Origin: an uncultured delta proteobacterium
GTDB lineage: Bacteria; Desulfobacterota; Binatia; UBA9968
Direction of reading: 5' to 3'
Length of the DNA stretch: 64,000 nucleotides
Assembly: GCA_963847445.1 (NCBI GenBank)
Contig: CAWJZV010000034.1
Location: forward strand, 96,001 to 160,000
The notes below the pieces were generated by a model, which ran no database searches, was not told where the DNA came from, and saw only the letters and a list, made by a program, of their open reading frames with translations. A program made the position numbers and the translations under genes. Shown piece by piece: positions 1 through 12,112 of this stretch (position 1 is its first letter; the number at the start of each line of letters is the position of its first letter).

Positions 1-354
1 CCGGGCGCAGAAAATTCTCCGTTGTCGATCCCGGTGACTCTGACAGTGTCCCCCACTGTTACGACGTTACCCCAGATCACTACTCCGATACCGGGTTCAG
101 CACTTCCGGGTTCAAGCGTCACCTTCGGCTGGGCCACCAACGGGGCGAATGTAGACAAGTGGCAACTGTATGTCGGGTCCAGTCAAGGCGCGAAGGACCT
201 TCACGACAGTGGCAAGTTTGGCGGAAGTTCCACCACCTCTAAAACTGTATCCGGGTTGCCGGTCGATGGACGCACAATCTGGGTGCAACTTCGTTTCAAG
301 ATCGACGCGAATTGGCAGTTCGCCGATTTTCAGTACAGCGCCGCTCCGAAGTAA
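1..354 (+). CDS. C-terminal part of a probably secreted beta-sandwich (Ig/BACON-like) protein, 5'-truncated by the window edge
   Basis: Frame open from base 1 (PGAENSPLSIPVTLTV, typical end of a BACON-like module), then a TPIPGSALPGSSVTFGW...LYVGS...SGLPVDGRTIWVQL module; TAA at 352-354. Confidence 0.6.
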   Translation, partial: PGAENSPLSIPVTLTVSPTVTTLPQITTPIPGSALPGSSVTFGWATNGANVDKWQLYVGSSQGAKDLHDSGKFGGSSTTSKTVSGLPVDGRTIWVQLRFKIDANWQFADFQYSAAPK

Positions 355-552
355 TTCTTTGAGAGCCATGGGAAGACTTGGCGTGATCCGCTCTGCAACT
401 GTGGTGGCGGACTGAGTTCCTTGCACCGAAACTCACGATTGCCATGAACGGTTGGAGCAGATCATAATCCGAATCCCACCCTTCAGGCCATCCACTGCAA
501 CCCCGGCGACGACAAAAATTCGCCAAACCAAGCGTTATCATACGACCGGACG

Positions 553-1430
553 ATGAGATCTCCTGATTTTTAAAAGGCGGAGCGCCAAAGTGTCGCATGA
601 CGGCGATGCATCATTATCTCAACGAGCATCCAGAGATCTTCATGTCCGAAAAGGAGCTGCAGTTCTTCGGCAGTGACCTGGTTTTTGCCGCGCCTCGCCT
701 TCAAAGAGAGAACTATTTGCTTGCTTTCTTGTCGGCGACCGCAGAAAAGAACGCGGCGAAGGCGCTGTGTGGTATCTCTATTCGAAGCGGGCTTCCGCAG
801 AAATAAGAGATTTCTGTCTCTCCGCGCGCGTCATCATCATGTTACGCAACCCCGTCGACGCGATGTACTCCCTCTTTATTGTCACCGCGTGTACAGCGGC
901 AATGAAGTCTCCAGAATTTCGAAATGGCGTTGGCTGCCGAGCATAACTGCAGCGCGCAAGTCTCTGCCGCCGAACCCGTCGAATCTCGTGGGATGCTTCT
1001 ATCGAGAGTCGGTCAAATTTACGCGCCATATACGGCGAAATTTTATGACCTTCGGTCGGGAGAATGTGAGCACGTCATTATTTTGGAGGATTTGCAGAAA
1101 GATGTCGCCGGCGTTTACAAACATCGCTGCGAGTTTTTTGGCGTCGATCACCGTTTTCTACCCGACTTCCCCATCATCAATCCCAGGCAACGTGCGCGAA
1201 GCGCATTGATCAGGAATCTGCTTTATAATCCTCCCCCGCTCTTTTTCGTTGGCTAGCCAGAGCCTTGGGGCTTCGGCGGAATAGACACGGCGGGTACCAA
1301 GGCTGGCTGAAGCGCTTGAATACTAACCACGCGAAACTACTACCAAAAACCCGGAACTGAGACGTGGCCTGCAGAAATAGTTTTTCCCCGCAGTCGAGCA
1401 GAATCAGTAGTTAGCTCCGCCGTGACCTAA
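553..1430 (+). pseudogene. Sulfotransferase family protein, disrupted
   Basis: ATG 553 MRSPDF, frameshift, then GAPKCRMTAMHHYLNEHPEIFMSEKELQFF (PAPS-binding loop), IIMLRNPVDAMYS and FYRESVKF; pieces lie in three frames with stops; end approximate. Confidence 0.7.
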
Positions 1431-1542
1431 TACACTCGGTGCAACCGATGAAAGAATATACGAGCCTGCGCGTCTCTCCCTATGCGGCGAACGCGTTGCG
1501 CATGCCCTTGGCGCCCTAGGATTTGCATCGGTCGGAAAATTC

Positions 1543-3057
1543 TTGTTCTGGTGGCGAGGATTCGGTGTTGCCTACACGCAAGCACCGCTTTACACGTCAA
1601 ATCAAAACACCAAATTTCTTATTGGTTTGGCAGACGGTGGTTTGGGATTTCTGAACGAGGACTGGCTGGCCAATACCTTGGACCCTTTTCCGCTCTTTAG
1701 CTTCTTAGTCCATGCGACTTACCGCTACCTTCACGCCAACGCGTTCTACTTCTACAATATTGTTATCTTCGGAGTTTATCTTTATAGCGTGTCGGGGATC
1801 GTGGCGAAGATCTGCAACATCAAGGAACCACGACCTAAATACCTTACGTTCCTGGTCGCTACTATTGCACTTCATTCTTACGCTTTAGACTCTCTCTCTC
1901 TGAGAATCTTTGGTTTTGAATTGGCACAGCTCCACTATGGATTGGCCGAATATCATATCATCGGGCGAATATTTCAGCCTAGCGTATTTGGCGTTTTCAT
2001 ACTCTTGTCAATCTACGCGTTTCTTAATAAACGGTTCTTTTCGGCTGCTTTCCTGTTGGTTTTCGCGGCAATAGTTCATCCCACTTACCTTTTAATTTCT
2101 GCGGTACTGACAGTCTCATATATGTTAGTTGTTTACGCGAGAGGAAAAAACGCAAAAAAGTCGCTCTCTCTAGGGCTTTTCAATCTCACGTTGATACTGC
2201 CGGTCTTGGGCTATCTCTTCATCTACTTTAGCCCAACGTCGCCTGAGTTATGGAGCAAATCGAAAGCGGTGTTGATCAATATCAGGAGCCCGCATCACTT
2301 CAACCCGGAAGTTTGGCTTGGCGGGCTGTGTGTATGAAACTAGGCATTACGGCAGTGGCTATTTATCTGGTCAGAAACACGCGGCTTTTCCCGATCATGT
2401 TATTACCTTTTGCGATTGCCGTGATTCTGAGCATTACACAGGTAATATGGGGAAATAACGGCCTTGCGGCTCTTACGCCCTGGCGTATGTTCATTGTCTT
2501 AGTGCCGGTGGCGCTCGCGATTATTGTCGGACATCTCGTTTCGCGATTTTTCGAGAAAGTTCTTCAATCCGACCGGAGAACGATATGCCGTAGCGACTCT
2601 GGTAAATTTTACGGTACTGCTGGTGCTGGTTCTCTATGGCGCGAATACGCAGATGAAACGATTTGCGAATTACTACGGCGGCGAAGCGATGCCGATGATG
2701 AACTATGTAAGGGAAGCGAAATCTTTCGGTGACAACTTTCTCATACCCGTCGAATTGGAAGACTTTCGACTTTATACAGGCGCGCCTATCTTGGTAAATT
2801 TCAAGTCAGGGCCGTACAAGGATACTGAATACATGGAGTGGTATCAGCGCTTCATCGGAGCTAGCGATTTTTACAATGCCCGGGACGAGGCCGCTTGCGA
2901 CATTCTTCAACGGTTGCTCGATAGGTACAAGCTAACGCACGTTGTCGTCAAAGGCGCCCATCCCGGCGCACAGTGCGGGAATTTGGCGAAATTATATAAA
3001 GATGATCACTATAGCGTTTATAGAATACAGAAAGAGAAGTCATCAATAGGTAGCTAG
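1543..3057 (+). CDS. Polytopic membrane protein, DUF6798-like, possible GT-C-type transferase; frameshifted
   Basis: ORFs 1543-2337, 2250-2732 and 2524-3057 join; N-terminal YTQAPLYTSNQN...DWLANTLDP, many TM segments, C-terminal FRLYTGAPILVNFKSGP...EWYQR; true start may be slightly upstream. Confidence 0.65.
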
Positions 3058-3533
3058 CGGCTACTTCCGGGGAAAATGACCACAGCCCGCCGGCTAAAAG
3101 ACTGGCCACTACAATTATTAAGATCTCCACGGGCTTGGTCAAACCCAGTCAAGTTAAGGGTTTCAAGGGATGTCGGGCGGCTGCCGACCGACGGTCGCAC
3201 TATAGGGCTAGAGCTACGGTTCTAAGGCGCTCGGATTTCAGTCAAAGCGCGAGAAAGCCCGTGTAGACCACCGCAATGTCTCGCGGCGGGAACCGCGCAG
3301 CTCGCTACTTGAACTCATAAAAAGGCTCGTAGCCAATAAAAGCGAGCAGTGAGAATCGTGAGAAGCCGCGAGTCGCGCGCGGTACCCCGTGTTAGCGCTT
3401 ATTAATCGAGCGACCCCTTTCGTATCGCTGGTTTGGTCCGGCAGGCCGGTACGAATGACAGGCGTGACATGCCTCATCGCGTCAGCTCGCGGTCCTAATC
3501 CATCTCCTTCCGTTGTTCGAACACAGCGCAGAC

Positions 3534-5214
3534 ATGAAAAGAGATCCTTCTCGATTGGCTGATCGGATTTTCGATATTGCTGTCGTCGGCGGCGGAATCT
3601 ATGGGATTAGCGTGGCGAGGGATGCCGCTTTACGAGGATTGACGGTAGGCTTAGTCGAGCAAGGCGACTTCGGCAACGCCGCTTCCTCGAATCATCACAA
3701 GATCATCCATGGCGGTTTTCGGTATCTGCAACACGCGGACTTTTCAAGGATGCGCGAATCAATTAGGGAGCGCAACGTTCTTATGCGAATCGCTCCGCAT
3801 CTCGTCCACCCATTGCCGTGTGTCATACCGACTTACGGTCACCGTCTAAAAGAAAAACTCATGCTCGCGGTGGCGCTGAAGATAAATGATTTGATCAGCT
3901 TTGATCGGAATCGAAAGCTGCGAGAGGAGCCAAAAAATCCCCGCTGGCCGCATTTTATCAACGGCGCAGTGTCTACAGCTTTGCCCCAATATCGATCAAC
4001 GCGGGTTGAACGGAGGCGCACTTTTTTTCGACGCCCAGGTCGACAACCCGGACCGTCTCAACTTATCGGTTTTGTTTTCCGCCGCAGAAGCCGGGGCGGA
4101 CTTCGCAAATTACGTGGAGATGACTGAATTCCTGCGAGACGGTCCTGCGGTTTCAGGCGTACGCGTTAGGGATACGCTTTCGGGAGCGGAGTTTGCGATT
4201 CGCGCTCGGGTTGTTGTCAATTGCACCGGTCCTAGGCCGGATCAGATTCTCCACTTGCTCGGACGGCCGCCGATCGAAATACCTACTAAGCTGTTGAAAG
4301 CGATAGTGCTGGTAACGCGGCCTGTAGTGGGCAACACAGCCGTTGGCATACGCAGTAGAGCGCCGTATACCGATCGAGACGCCGTTGTTCAAAAGGGGTA
4401 CAGGTTCTTTTTTATCACACCCTGGCGACATACGTCGCTGGTCGGCACGTTTGAAACCCCGTACAAAGCGGATCGCGACGGCCGGGATGTAAGTGAAAAC
4501 GAGATTACGGATTTCCTCCGACAAATCAACGATGCTTTCTCGGGTGCCCGCCTTCAACGGGAGGATGTGGTTGGGGTTTTGAGCGGCCTTTTGCCCGCTG
4601 CGGACGCGAGCGGGCCAAATGGTCACGTGCAACGCCAGAATCACTGGATCATACGAGATCACGGAGCCGAAGACGGTATATCAGGGCTGCTATCTGTTGT
4701 CGGAGTGAAATATACGACGGCGAGAGGCATTGCCGAGAGAACCGTCAACCTGGTTTTAACGAAACTTGGCCGCAAGTTTGTACGATCTCGAACTGCGGAA
4801 ACTCCAGTAGCCGGGGCCGTCATCAATGGCTGGGACGAATTTGCCGATCAAGCGGCGAAAGAACGCACTCGGCAGATCAGCACCGAGACGCTAAGGCATT
4901 TGTTGCAGTGCTACGGATCTGAATACCGCACAATTCTGCGCTATTGCGACGAAGATTCAAGCTGGAGCCGGTCAATCAGCGGTGACGCGCCGACGATACG
5001 GGCTGAAGTGCTCCATGGCATACGGTCCGAGATGGCCCGCAAGCTGAGCGACGTCATTTTCCGACGCACGGAATTAGGGACTGCGGGACATCCAGGAGAC
5101 GCTTGCCTTCACGCCTGCGCGGAAATCATGCGCGCGGAATTGGACTGGAACAAAGCGACGATGTTTCGAGAGTTGGACGACGTTCAGCAGGCGTTTTCGT
5201 ACGAACGACAATAA
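3534..5214 (+). CDS. FAD-dependent glycerol-3-phosphate dehydrogenase/oxidase-like (GlpD family); frameshift near 3930
   Basis: DIAVVGGGIYG...ARDAALRGLTVGLVEQGDFG, KIIHGGFRYL, GVKYTTAR, C-terminal DVIFRRTELG. Confidence 0.85.
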
Positions 5215-5218
5215 GCCC

Positions 5219-6420
5219 GTGCAAGCTGATAATCTGAAAATTCTGATGATCGCACCGACGCCGTTTTTTGCGGACCGTGGATGCCACATCCGTATTCTAG
5301 GCGAAGCCAAGGCGCTGATTAACTTAGGCCACGAATTGATCCTATGTACGTATTTTCTCGGCCGGGATATCGAAGGTGTCCCGGTTGTGCGTACCTTGTC
5401 CGTTCCGTGGTACAACAAGCTGTCTGCCGGACCATCGTGGCACAAGTTCTACATCGATCTGTTACTGTTGGGGAAAGTCGTCTCGGTGTGCCGTACATTT
5501 CGGCCCGATGTCATTCACGCGCATCTACATGAGGGAGTCGTTATCGGCAAGATCGCGAGTCGGCTTTTTGGGATTCCGCTGGTCGCGGATCTTCAGGGCA
5601 GTCTTACCGATGAACTCCTGGCTCACAGGTTTATCCCGGAGGTTCGCATCTTGGTAAAACTCGTCCGCTGGATTGAGAAAAAGATCAACCAGATGCCAAT
5701 ACACCTGATCGTCAGCTCCAAGCAGACTGCCCAGAGTTGCGTCGACACTTATGGTATCTCTGGAAACCGGGTCAGTTCGGTGACCGACGGCGTCGATCTC
5801 GATATTTTTTCACCGCGCGAAAAAGATTTGGTTCTGCAGGCGGCTTTAGGCATTCACAAAGGCGGTGGGAACGATGAATGATAGGGTGGTCATTTTCGTT
5901 GGCGTGCTCTCTGAGTATCAGGGAATTGACTTGCTGCTGGAAGCCATTCCTCTGGTCGTTCGAGAAGTGCCTGAGGTGAAGTTTTTAATTGTCGGATATC
6001 CCGGGGAACAAGTTTATCGGGAAGGGCGCGCGCGCTGGGTGTGGAGAGATGGACCCACTTCACCGGCAGGATTCCTTACGAAGAGGTGCCGCGTTATCTC
6101 TCGTTGGCCGACATTGCGGTTTCTCCGAAAATTTCCGCCACGCGAGGCAAATTTAAAACTGTTTACGTACATGGCTATGGGACTTCCGACCGTGGTTTTT
6201 GACAACCCTATCAACCGTGAAATTCTCGACGATCTCGGAGTGTATGCCAAAAATGGGGATGTAGAATCGCTGGCAGCCGCATTGATCCAGTGTTCTTCAA
6301 GACAGAGCATGGGCTCAACAGCTTGGCAAGCTAAGTCATCAAAAGGCCGCCGCACTTCATTCGTGGCTGCAAGTGGGCAAGCGATTGGGAGACATCTACA
6401 ATTCGATAGCCCCTTACACG
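5219..6420 (+). CDS. Glycosyltransferase family 4 (GT-B); frameshifted
   Basis: APTPFFADRGCHIRI, PDVIHAHLHEG, FVGVLSEYQGIDLL, KLFTYMAMGLPTVVFD; end approximate. Confidence 0.85.
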
Positions 6421-6445
6421 GGCTCGGGTTCAAAGGAGCAAGCCG

Positions 6446-7477
6446 ATGGCCAACGAAAAGGTGCTGGTTACTGGGGGAGCCGGTTTCGTCGGTTCCCATT
6501 TAGCAAACGAATTAGTTAGGCGCGGCTACCGTGTCACGGTCTTAGATGATCTCAGCGGCGGATTTGCGGAGAATGTCCAGCAGAAAGCCCGGTTGATCCA
6601 AGGTAGCGTATCCGACGAAAATCTAATCAAAGTTATCTTCTCAAGGGAAAAGTTCGATTATGTCTTTCACCTGGCTGCATATGCTGCGGAGGGGCTCAGT
6701 CATTTTATTAAGAAGTTCAACTATGAAAATAATCTTATCGGGAGCATTAATCTCATCAATGCGTCGATCAACCACGAGGTGGAGTGCTTTGTCTTTACTT
6801 CTTCCATCGCGGTTTACGGGAAAAACCAGCTTCCGATGACCGAAGAAATGGTTCCGGTGCCGGAGGACCCATACGGCATTGCCAAACTGGCTGTGGAGCG
6901 CGAGCTGCAGGTGAGCCATGAGATGTTCGGGCTTGATTACATCATCTTCAGGCCGCACAACGTGTACGGCGAGCAGCAGAATATCGGCGATCGTTATCGC
7001 AACGTCGTGGGAATCTTCATGAACCAGATCATGCGGGGCGAGCCGATGACGATTTTCGGCGACGGTGAGCAGACTCGGGCTTTCACATACGTTCGAGATG
7101 TTGTACCGGTGATGGCCGATGCTCCTCTCAATCGCCTGGCCCGCAACCAAATATTTAACCTCGGGGCGGAAACGCCCTACACGGTGAATGAGCTCGCCAA
7201 ACAGGTGGCCAAGGCCATGGGCGTTCCCCCGAAAGTGAAGTATCTGGACGCGCGGAGCGAACTCAAGCACGCCTTTAGCAGCCACAAGCGGGTAGAGGAG
7301 GTTTTCGGTCACAAGCCTAACTTCACGCTGGAAGCCGGCTTGGCGAACATGGCTAGTTGGGCCCGGCAGGTCGGGTCCCGGGAAAGCAAATTTTTTGGCG
7401 AGATCGAGATTGCCAAAAACATGCCGGCCAGCTGGCAACAATCACTATCGCGGCCACGCGCGAAGGTGGGAACATGA
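6446..7477 (+). CDS. NAD-dependent nucleotide-sugar epimerase/dehydratase
   Basis: [18 protein letters not shown] (YxxxK), RPHNVYG; intact 343 aa. Confidence 0.92.
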   Translation: MANEKVLVTGGAGFVGSHLANELVRRGYRVTVLDDLSGGFAENVQQKARLIQGSVSDENLIKVIFSREKFDYVFHLAAYAAEGLSHFIKKFNYENNLIGSINLINASINHEVECFVFTSSIAVYGKNQLPMTEEMVPVPEDPYGIAKLAVERELQVSHEMFGLDYIIFRPHNVYGEQQNIGDRYRNVVGIFMNQIMRGEPMTIFGDGEQTRAFTYVRDVVPVMADAPLNRLARNQIFNLGAETPYTVNELAKQVAKAMGVPPKVKYLDARSELKHAFSSHKRVEEVFGHKPNFTLEAGLANMASWARQVGSRESKFFGEIEIAKNMPASWQQSLSRPRAKVGT

Positions 7478-8466
7478 GAGTCTTAGTCACCGGTGGCACA
7501 GGATTCACCGGCAGCCACCTGGTTAAGCGGCTGCTGGACAAGGGTCACGAAGTCTCCGTCCTCGATAATCAGAAGGGCCTATTTTACGAGGAGCTCAGGG
7601 ATGCAGGAGCAAAGATTGAACTGGCAACGATTACGGACAAGAGCCTGGTGGACAGAATGGTGAAAGGACAAGAAGTGATACACCACCTCGCCGCAGCCTT
7701 TCGACAGCTTAACGTGCCTCAGCGTTACTACTGGAGTGTGAACGTTGACGGCACTCGGCTCTTGCTCGATGCGGCTCATCGCTTTCAGGTGCGCAGATTC
7801 GTCTACTGCAGCACGCCAGGGCGTTCATGGCCATATCAAGAACCCACCGGGTAATGAACGGTCACCGATCGCCCCCGAGGATTACTATCAGTCGACCAAG
7901 TACGAAGGGGAAAAGGTCGTGCAGGAATATTTCAACAAGGGGCTCGATGCAGTGACGCTTCGTCCTACCGCCATTTATGGTCCCGGCGATCCGGAACGCT
8001 TTCTGTATGCTGTTCCGCATGGTGAAACGGCAGTCGTTTCTTGATGTTCGGTGATGGTGAAACCTTCTATCATCCGGTGTACATCGACAACTTGGTCGAT
8101 GCATTTGAGCACGCCGCCGCGCAAGGATAGGCATTCGCGGCAAACGTATATTATTGGCGGATGAGCACTATTACTCTTTGAACGACCTAGTTCAGCATGT
8201 TGCTGACGCCTTAGGAGTCTCGGTCCAAATCCGGCATCTTCCATTTCTGCCACTGTGGACTGCCGCCGTGGTTATGCGAGATGGCCTGTAAACCCCTCCG
8301 CCTTAGACCGCCGCTTTTCCGCCGCCGTGTCGACTGGTTTCGGCAGGTCCGTGCCTTTAGCATCGACAAGGCCAAGCGCGAGCTGGGATACGAGCCGAAG
8401 TTGGGCTTAAGAGAAGGTTTGGCCTTAACGGCTCGCTGGTACGAGACGCAAGGTTACTTGGCCTGA
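7474..8466 (+). CDS. NAD-dependent epimerase/dehydratase (extended SDR); frameshifted
   Basis: ATG 7474 overlaps upstream stop; [41 protein letters not shown]. Confidence 0.85.
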
Positions 8467-8476
8467 GAAGCAGCCA

Positions 8477-10255
8477 ATGATGGTATTAGGCATTACCGAC
8501 GGCGACGATAGTGGAGCGTGTATTATATGCGACGGAGTTGTACTTGCCGCGGTGAATGAGGAACGCTTGAACCGTAAGAAGCAGGTGATTGGCTTTCCAT
8601 CGCTTTCGATTGGAGAAGTCATTCGACTGAGTGGCATACAAGCCGCGGACGTAGAAACCGTGGGTGTGGCCGCAATAAGCGAAAAGTTCAATCCGCAACC
8701 CTTAGAAAACAACGGATGGTTTAGAACGAAGGAGGGTTTCGCAAAGCGCTTTCGCGACGACGTCTCCTCAGCTCTAGCTCCATATGTGGGAGACTACGGG
8801 TTGGCCAAAAAGATCTATCATCAGATGCGGGTCAGAATTAGCCACGAACGGCGAGCAGGTATTCCTAGGCTGCTGCGGGACCTCGGCGTTCAGGCTCCGA
8901 TTCGTTATTACAATCATCACCTGTGCCATGCGCTTTCCGCTTATCACACGAGCGGCTTCGATTCGGCGCTCACTTTGACACTGGACGGCGGGGGAGACGG
9001 CTCATGCTCCCATACGTATCTAGCCGACGGGCGGTCATTTCGGCGCCTGTCGACTCTGGACAGTTTTCATTCCATCGGAAACTTCTACGCTTATGTTACT
9101 TATCTGTGCGGGTTCAAGCCTGCCATTCATGAAGGGAAAATTACCGGACTGGCCGCCTACGGGCGGCCTGAATATGAGGACCTCTTCAGCCGCTTAATAG
9201 GCTACCGCGATGGACAGATCATCAATACCGGAAATGTTTATCGTTGGAGCGCCATTCGTGAGATTAAACGGACGCTGCCGGCATCTTTCAAATTGGAAGA
9301 TCTTGCCGCGAGTATTCAGACGGTTCTCGAAAAGACTACCCTGGACTATGTCCGGCATTGGATCGGACGATCCGGAGCGAGGAATGTCGCGCTCGCGGGA
9401 GGAGTATTCTCCAATGTCAAGTTGAATCAGATGATCGCCGAGCTCCCTGAGGTCGACGCGCTCCATGTATTTCCTCAAATGGGAGACGGAGGGTTGGCCG
9501 TCGGCGCGGCTTATGCTTTCCCAGCGCCGAACGGGCGCGGCGAAATGTTCACCCGCCGCCTCGAAAACGTGTATCTTGGGCCGGCTTATACTGACACGGA
9601 AATGCGCGGCGAATTGGATGCGGCTGGTCTCCTCTATGCGCACCACCATGACGTGGAAAGGCAAATCGCCAAACTTCTTGCGGCGGGAAAGGTTGTAGCT
9701 AGGTTCGAAGGCAAGATGGAGTTTGGCCCGAGGGCTTTAGGAAATCGCTCGATTTTATACGGGCCGACGGATCCGACGATCAACGACTGGTTGAATAAGC
9801 AACTGAAGCGAACAGAGTTCATGCCCTTTGCGCCTTCTGTTCTGGCGGAGTATGCCGACCAGTGTTTCAATACCAGCAAAACGGGATCTCACGCTACTCG
9901 ATTCATGACGATGACTCTTAATTGCACTGATTGGATGAAACGAAATTGCCCCGCGGTTGTCCATGTCGACGGCACCGCTAGGCCGCAAATGGTAGATCAA
10001 CAGACCAGCCCGAGTTTTTACACAATCATCGACGAATTTCGGAAACTTACGTCTTTACCCTGCGTTATCAATACCAGCTTCAACATGCATGAAGAGCCTA
10101 TCGTCTGTAGTCCACGCGATGCCATCCGCGCATTCAAGCTCGGCCAGCTGGATTATTTGGCGATGGGCAACTTTGTAGTCAGGAATTCGGCTCTATCGCT
10201 AGATTCTTTGATCCCAGACAGGCGATCCGTGGGCGGCCTTCAACCCACTTACTAG
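8477..10255 (+). CDS. O-carbamoyltransferase (NodU/CmcH/TobZ family)
   Basis: AAVNEERLNRKK, HHLCHALSA, TLDGGGD, EGKITGLAAYG, GGVFSNVKLN, EFGPRALGNRS, HVDGTARPQ, NTSFNMHEEPIV. Confidence 0.95.
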   Translation: MMVLGITDGDDSGACIICDGVVLAAVNEERLNRKKQVIGFPSLSIGEVIRLSGIQAADVETVGVAAISEKFNPQPLENNGWFRTKEGFAKRFRDDVSSALAPYVGDYGLAKKIYHQMRVRISHERRAGIPRLLRDLGVQAPIRYYNHHLCHALSAYHTSGFDSALTLTLDGGGDGSCSHTYLADGRSFRRLSTLDSFHSIGNFYAYVTYLCGFKPAIHEGKITGLAAYGRPEYEDLFSRLIGYRDGQIINTGNVYRWSAIREIKRTLPASFKLEDLAASIQTVLEKTTLDYVRHWIGRSGARNVALAGGVFSNVKLNQMIAELPEVDALHVFPQMGDGGLAVGAAYAFPAPNGRGEMFTRRLENVYLGPAYTDTEMRGELDAAGLLYAHHHDVERQIAKLLAAGKVVARFEGKMEFGPRALGNRSILYGPTDPTINDWLNKQLKRTEFMPFAPSVLAEYADQCFNTSKTGSHATRFMTMTLNCTDWMKRNCPAVVHVDGTARPQMVDQQTSPSFYTIIDEFRKLTSLPCVINTSFNMHEEPIVCSPRDAIRAFKLGQLDYLAMGNFVVRNSALSLDSLIPDRRSVGGLQPTY

Positions 10256-10285
10256 CCGAGCGGTTAGCAATCACCGGTTAATCGA

Positions 10286-12112
10286 ATGGGAGCCATATAT
10301 GGCATTGTCGGGGAGACGAGTCGCTCCGCGGTTCGTTCCATGGGCGAACGCCTCACGCATCGCGGCGCGGCAGCAGCGGAGTGGACGCTCTCGCCAACGG
10401 TTCATCTGGGGCAGCGGTTCGAGGACGATCAGATAGTTTCATTGAAGCACCACTGCATAGTTTTCGACGGCTTTATCAATAACCTTAACGAGCTTATCAA
10501 GCTTCTGGGTCGAGACCCATCCCGCTGTGGAGGCGGATCCCGTACGAGATTGTCTTTGATATCGTTTGCAAGTTTGGGGTCAAGGGGTTTCAGCTCCTAC
10601 AAGGGCATTTTGCAGTGGCGCTATGGGACGAAAAAAATCACTGCCTCATTCTGGCGCGCGACCGGGTGGGAGAAGCGCCGCTGGTTTATGCGCAACTGCC
10701 GCATTGCTTTCTATTCGCAAGCGAGGTTACAAGGCGCTGTTGGCTATCGATGAATTGCCCGCGCGCGCCAACCGGGATGCCATTCAATATGTGCAATGTA
10801 CGAAGACTGCGCATGTCCACACGTGCTGTCTGGAAGGAGTCTATCAAGTTCCCCCCGGACATTGGCTGAAAGTCGATGGTAGCCGTTTAGAACGCAGCAG
10901 ATATTGGGATATCGCCCTGCCGGTGGCGAAAGCATCGGAACGCATGCAGGTAGTGGCTTTCCGGAAAGCTTTTGACCAGGGCCGTTCCAGAAACAAACCA
11001 CAGGCTATGATGAGATCGGTGTTGCGCTTAGTGGCCTCGATTCCGCAGCGACCCTTGCAGGGTTGCGGCAAACCGCACCATCGCGAGTTGTCCATACCTT
11101 TACGGCAGGTTTCGGGACGGACGATATGGACTTGGTCCTCTGCGCAGAGTTGGCGCGTCATTTCAGAACCATTCATCACGAAATTGTGCTCCGGCCCGAC
11201 GATCTTGGAGGAGATCTTACCTTATTTGGTTTGGCTCATCGGGAGATCCGGTCGGGAAGGGAAGACAAGCCCTTTATCTTTTCGTCACTAATCGTGAGGC
11301 GGCAAAGTATGTCAAACTGTTACTGACCGGATATTATTCCGATTATCTCTTTGGTGGCATGCCCCGTCACAAACTTGTAAAAGCCGCCGCGATGCCGTTG
11401 TTATCGCATCCGATTGAGGAGCTTTTACCGGTTTTTACTCAAACCGGAGAGATGCCCGATTCATTGCTCGGCCGCTCCCTGGTGAGACTGTATTTCCGCG
11501 GCAAGGACTATCCTCCCCCGACTGTCATCGGCGCGAACGGCTTTCCTGCGCTGGATCCCCTGCGTTGCAGCAATGGGCAGCCCTTAAACACGCACCTGCG
11601 GAGTCAGATTTTTTCGAATCCGGGCTTTTCCTCGGGAGAATCTCTATACGCTGCATTTGGCCTTTCCTACAATTCCCCGTTTATGGATCCCTCTGTCATC
11701 CGAGCCGCGTTCGAAATTCCCGATTGCCTGAAGATGCCCGCTTTTAACGGCAAGTACATCCTTCGCAAGGCATTTTCCGGACTGCTTCCGGAATCTATTT
11801 TAAGGCAGAGAAAAACGCTTTCTACGACTAAAGCACGATGAGCGTTTTTCTCGCATTCTGGATTCCTTGGCAGAACGTTTTCTCTCGCTCGACGTCGTGT
11901 CCTCCAGGGGGCTTTTTGAGCGCAGCTACATCGAGCAACTGCGCCGAAAAAGACGCCACCCCTACTCCACCGAGCAGGGATACCGTCTATGGTCGATAAT
12001 CCTAACCGAGATATGGTGTCGCATATATCTGGACCATCGGGGCGTTTCGGCTGAGATGACGGTCAGCTGCAAGTTTGCCGGTTGTTCTTCAGTAGAGGGC
12101 CTGGCAATGTAG
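10286..12112 (+). CDS. Asparagine synthase-like amidotransferase (AsnB family) lacking the N-terminal Cys; several frameshifts
   Basis: MGAIYGIVG, LTHRG, FAVALWD...LILARDRVG, ALSGLDS, SPFMDP, GKYILRKAF, RLWSIILTEIW. Confidence 0.8.

Noticed and set aside
10286-12112. Lasso peptide cluster
   Set aside because: No precursor, B1/B2 or PqqD-like genes; the context is glycan biosynthesis
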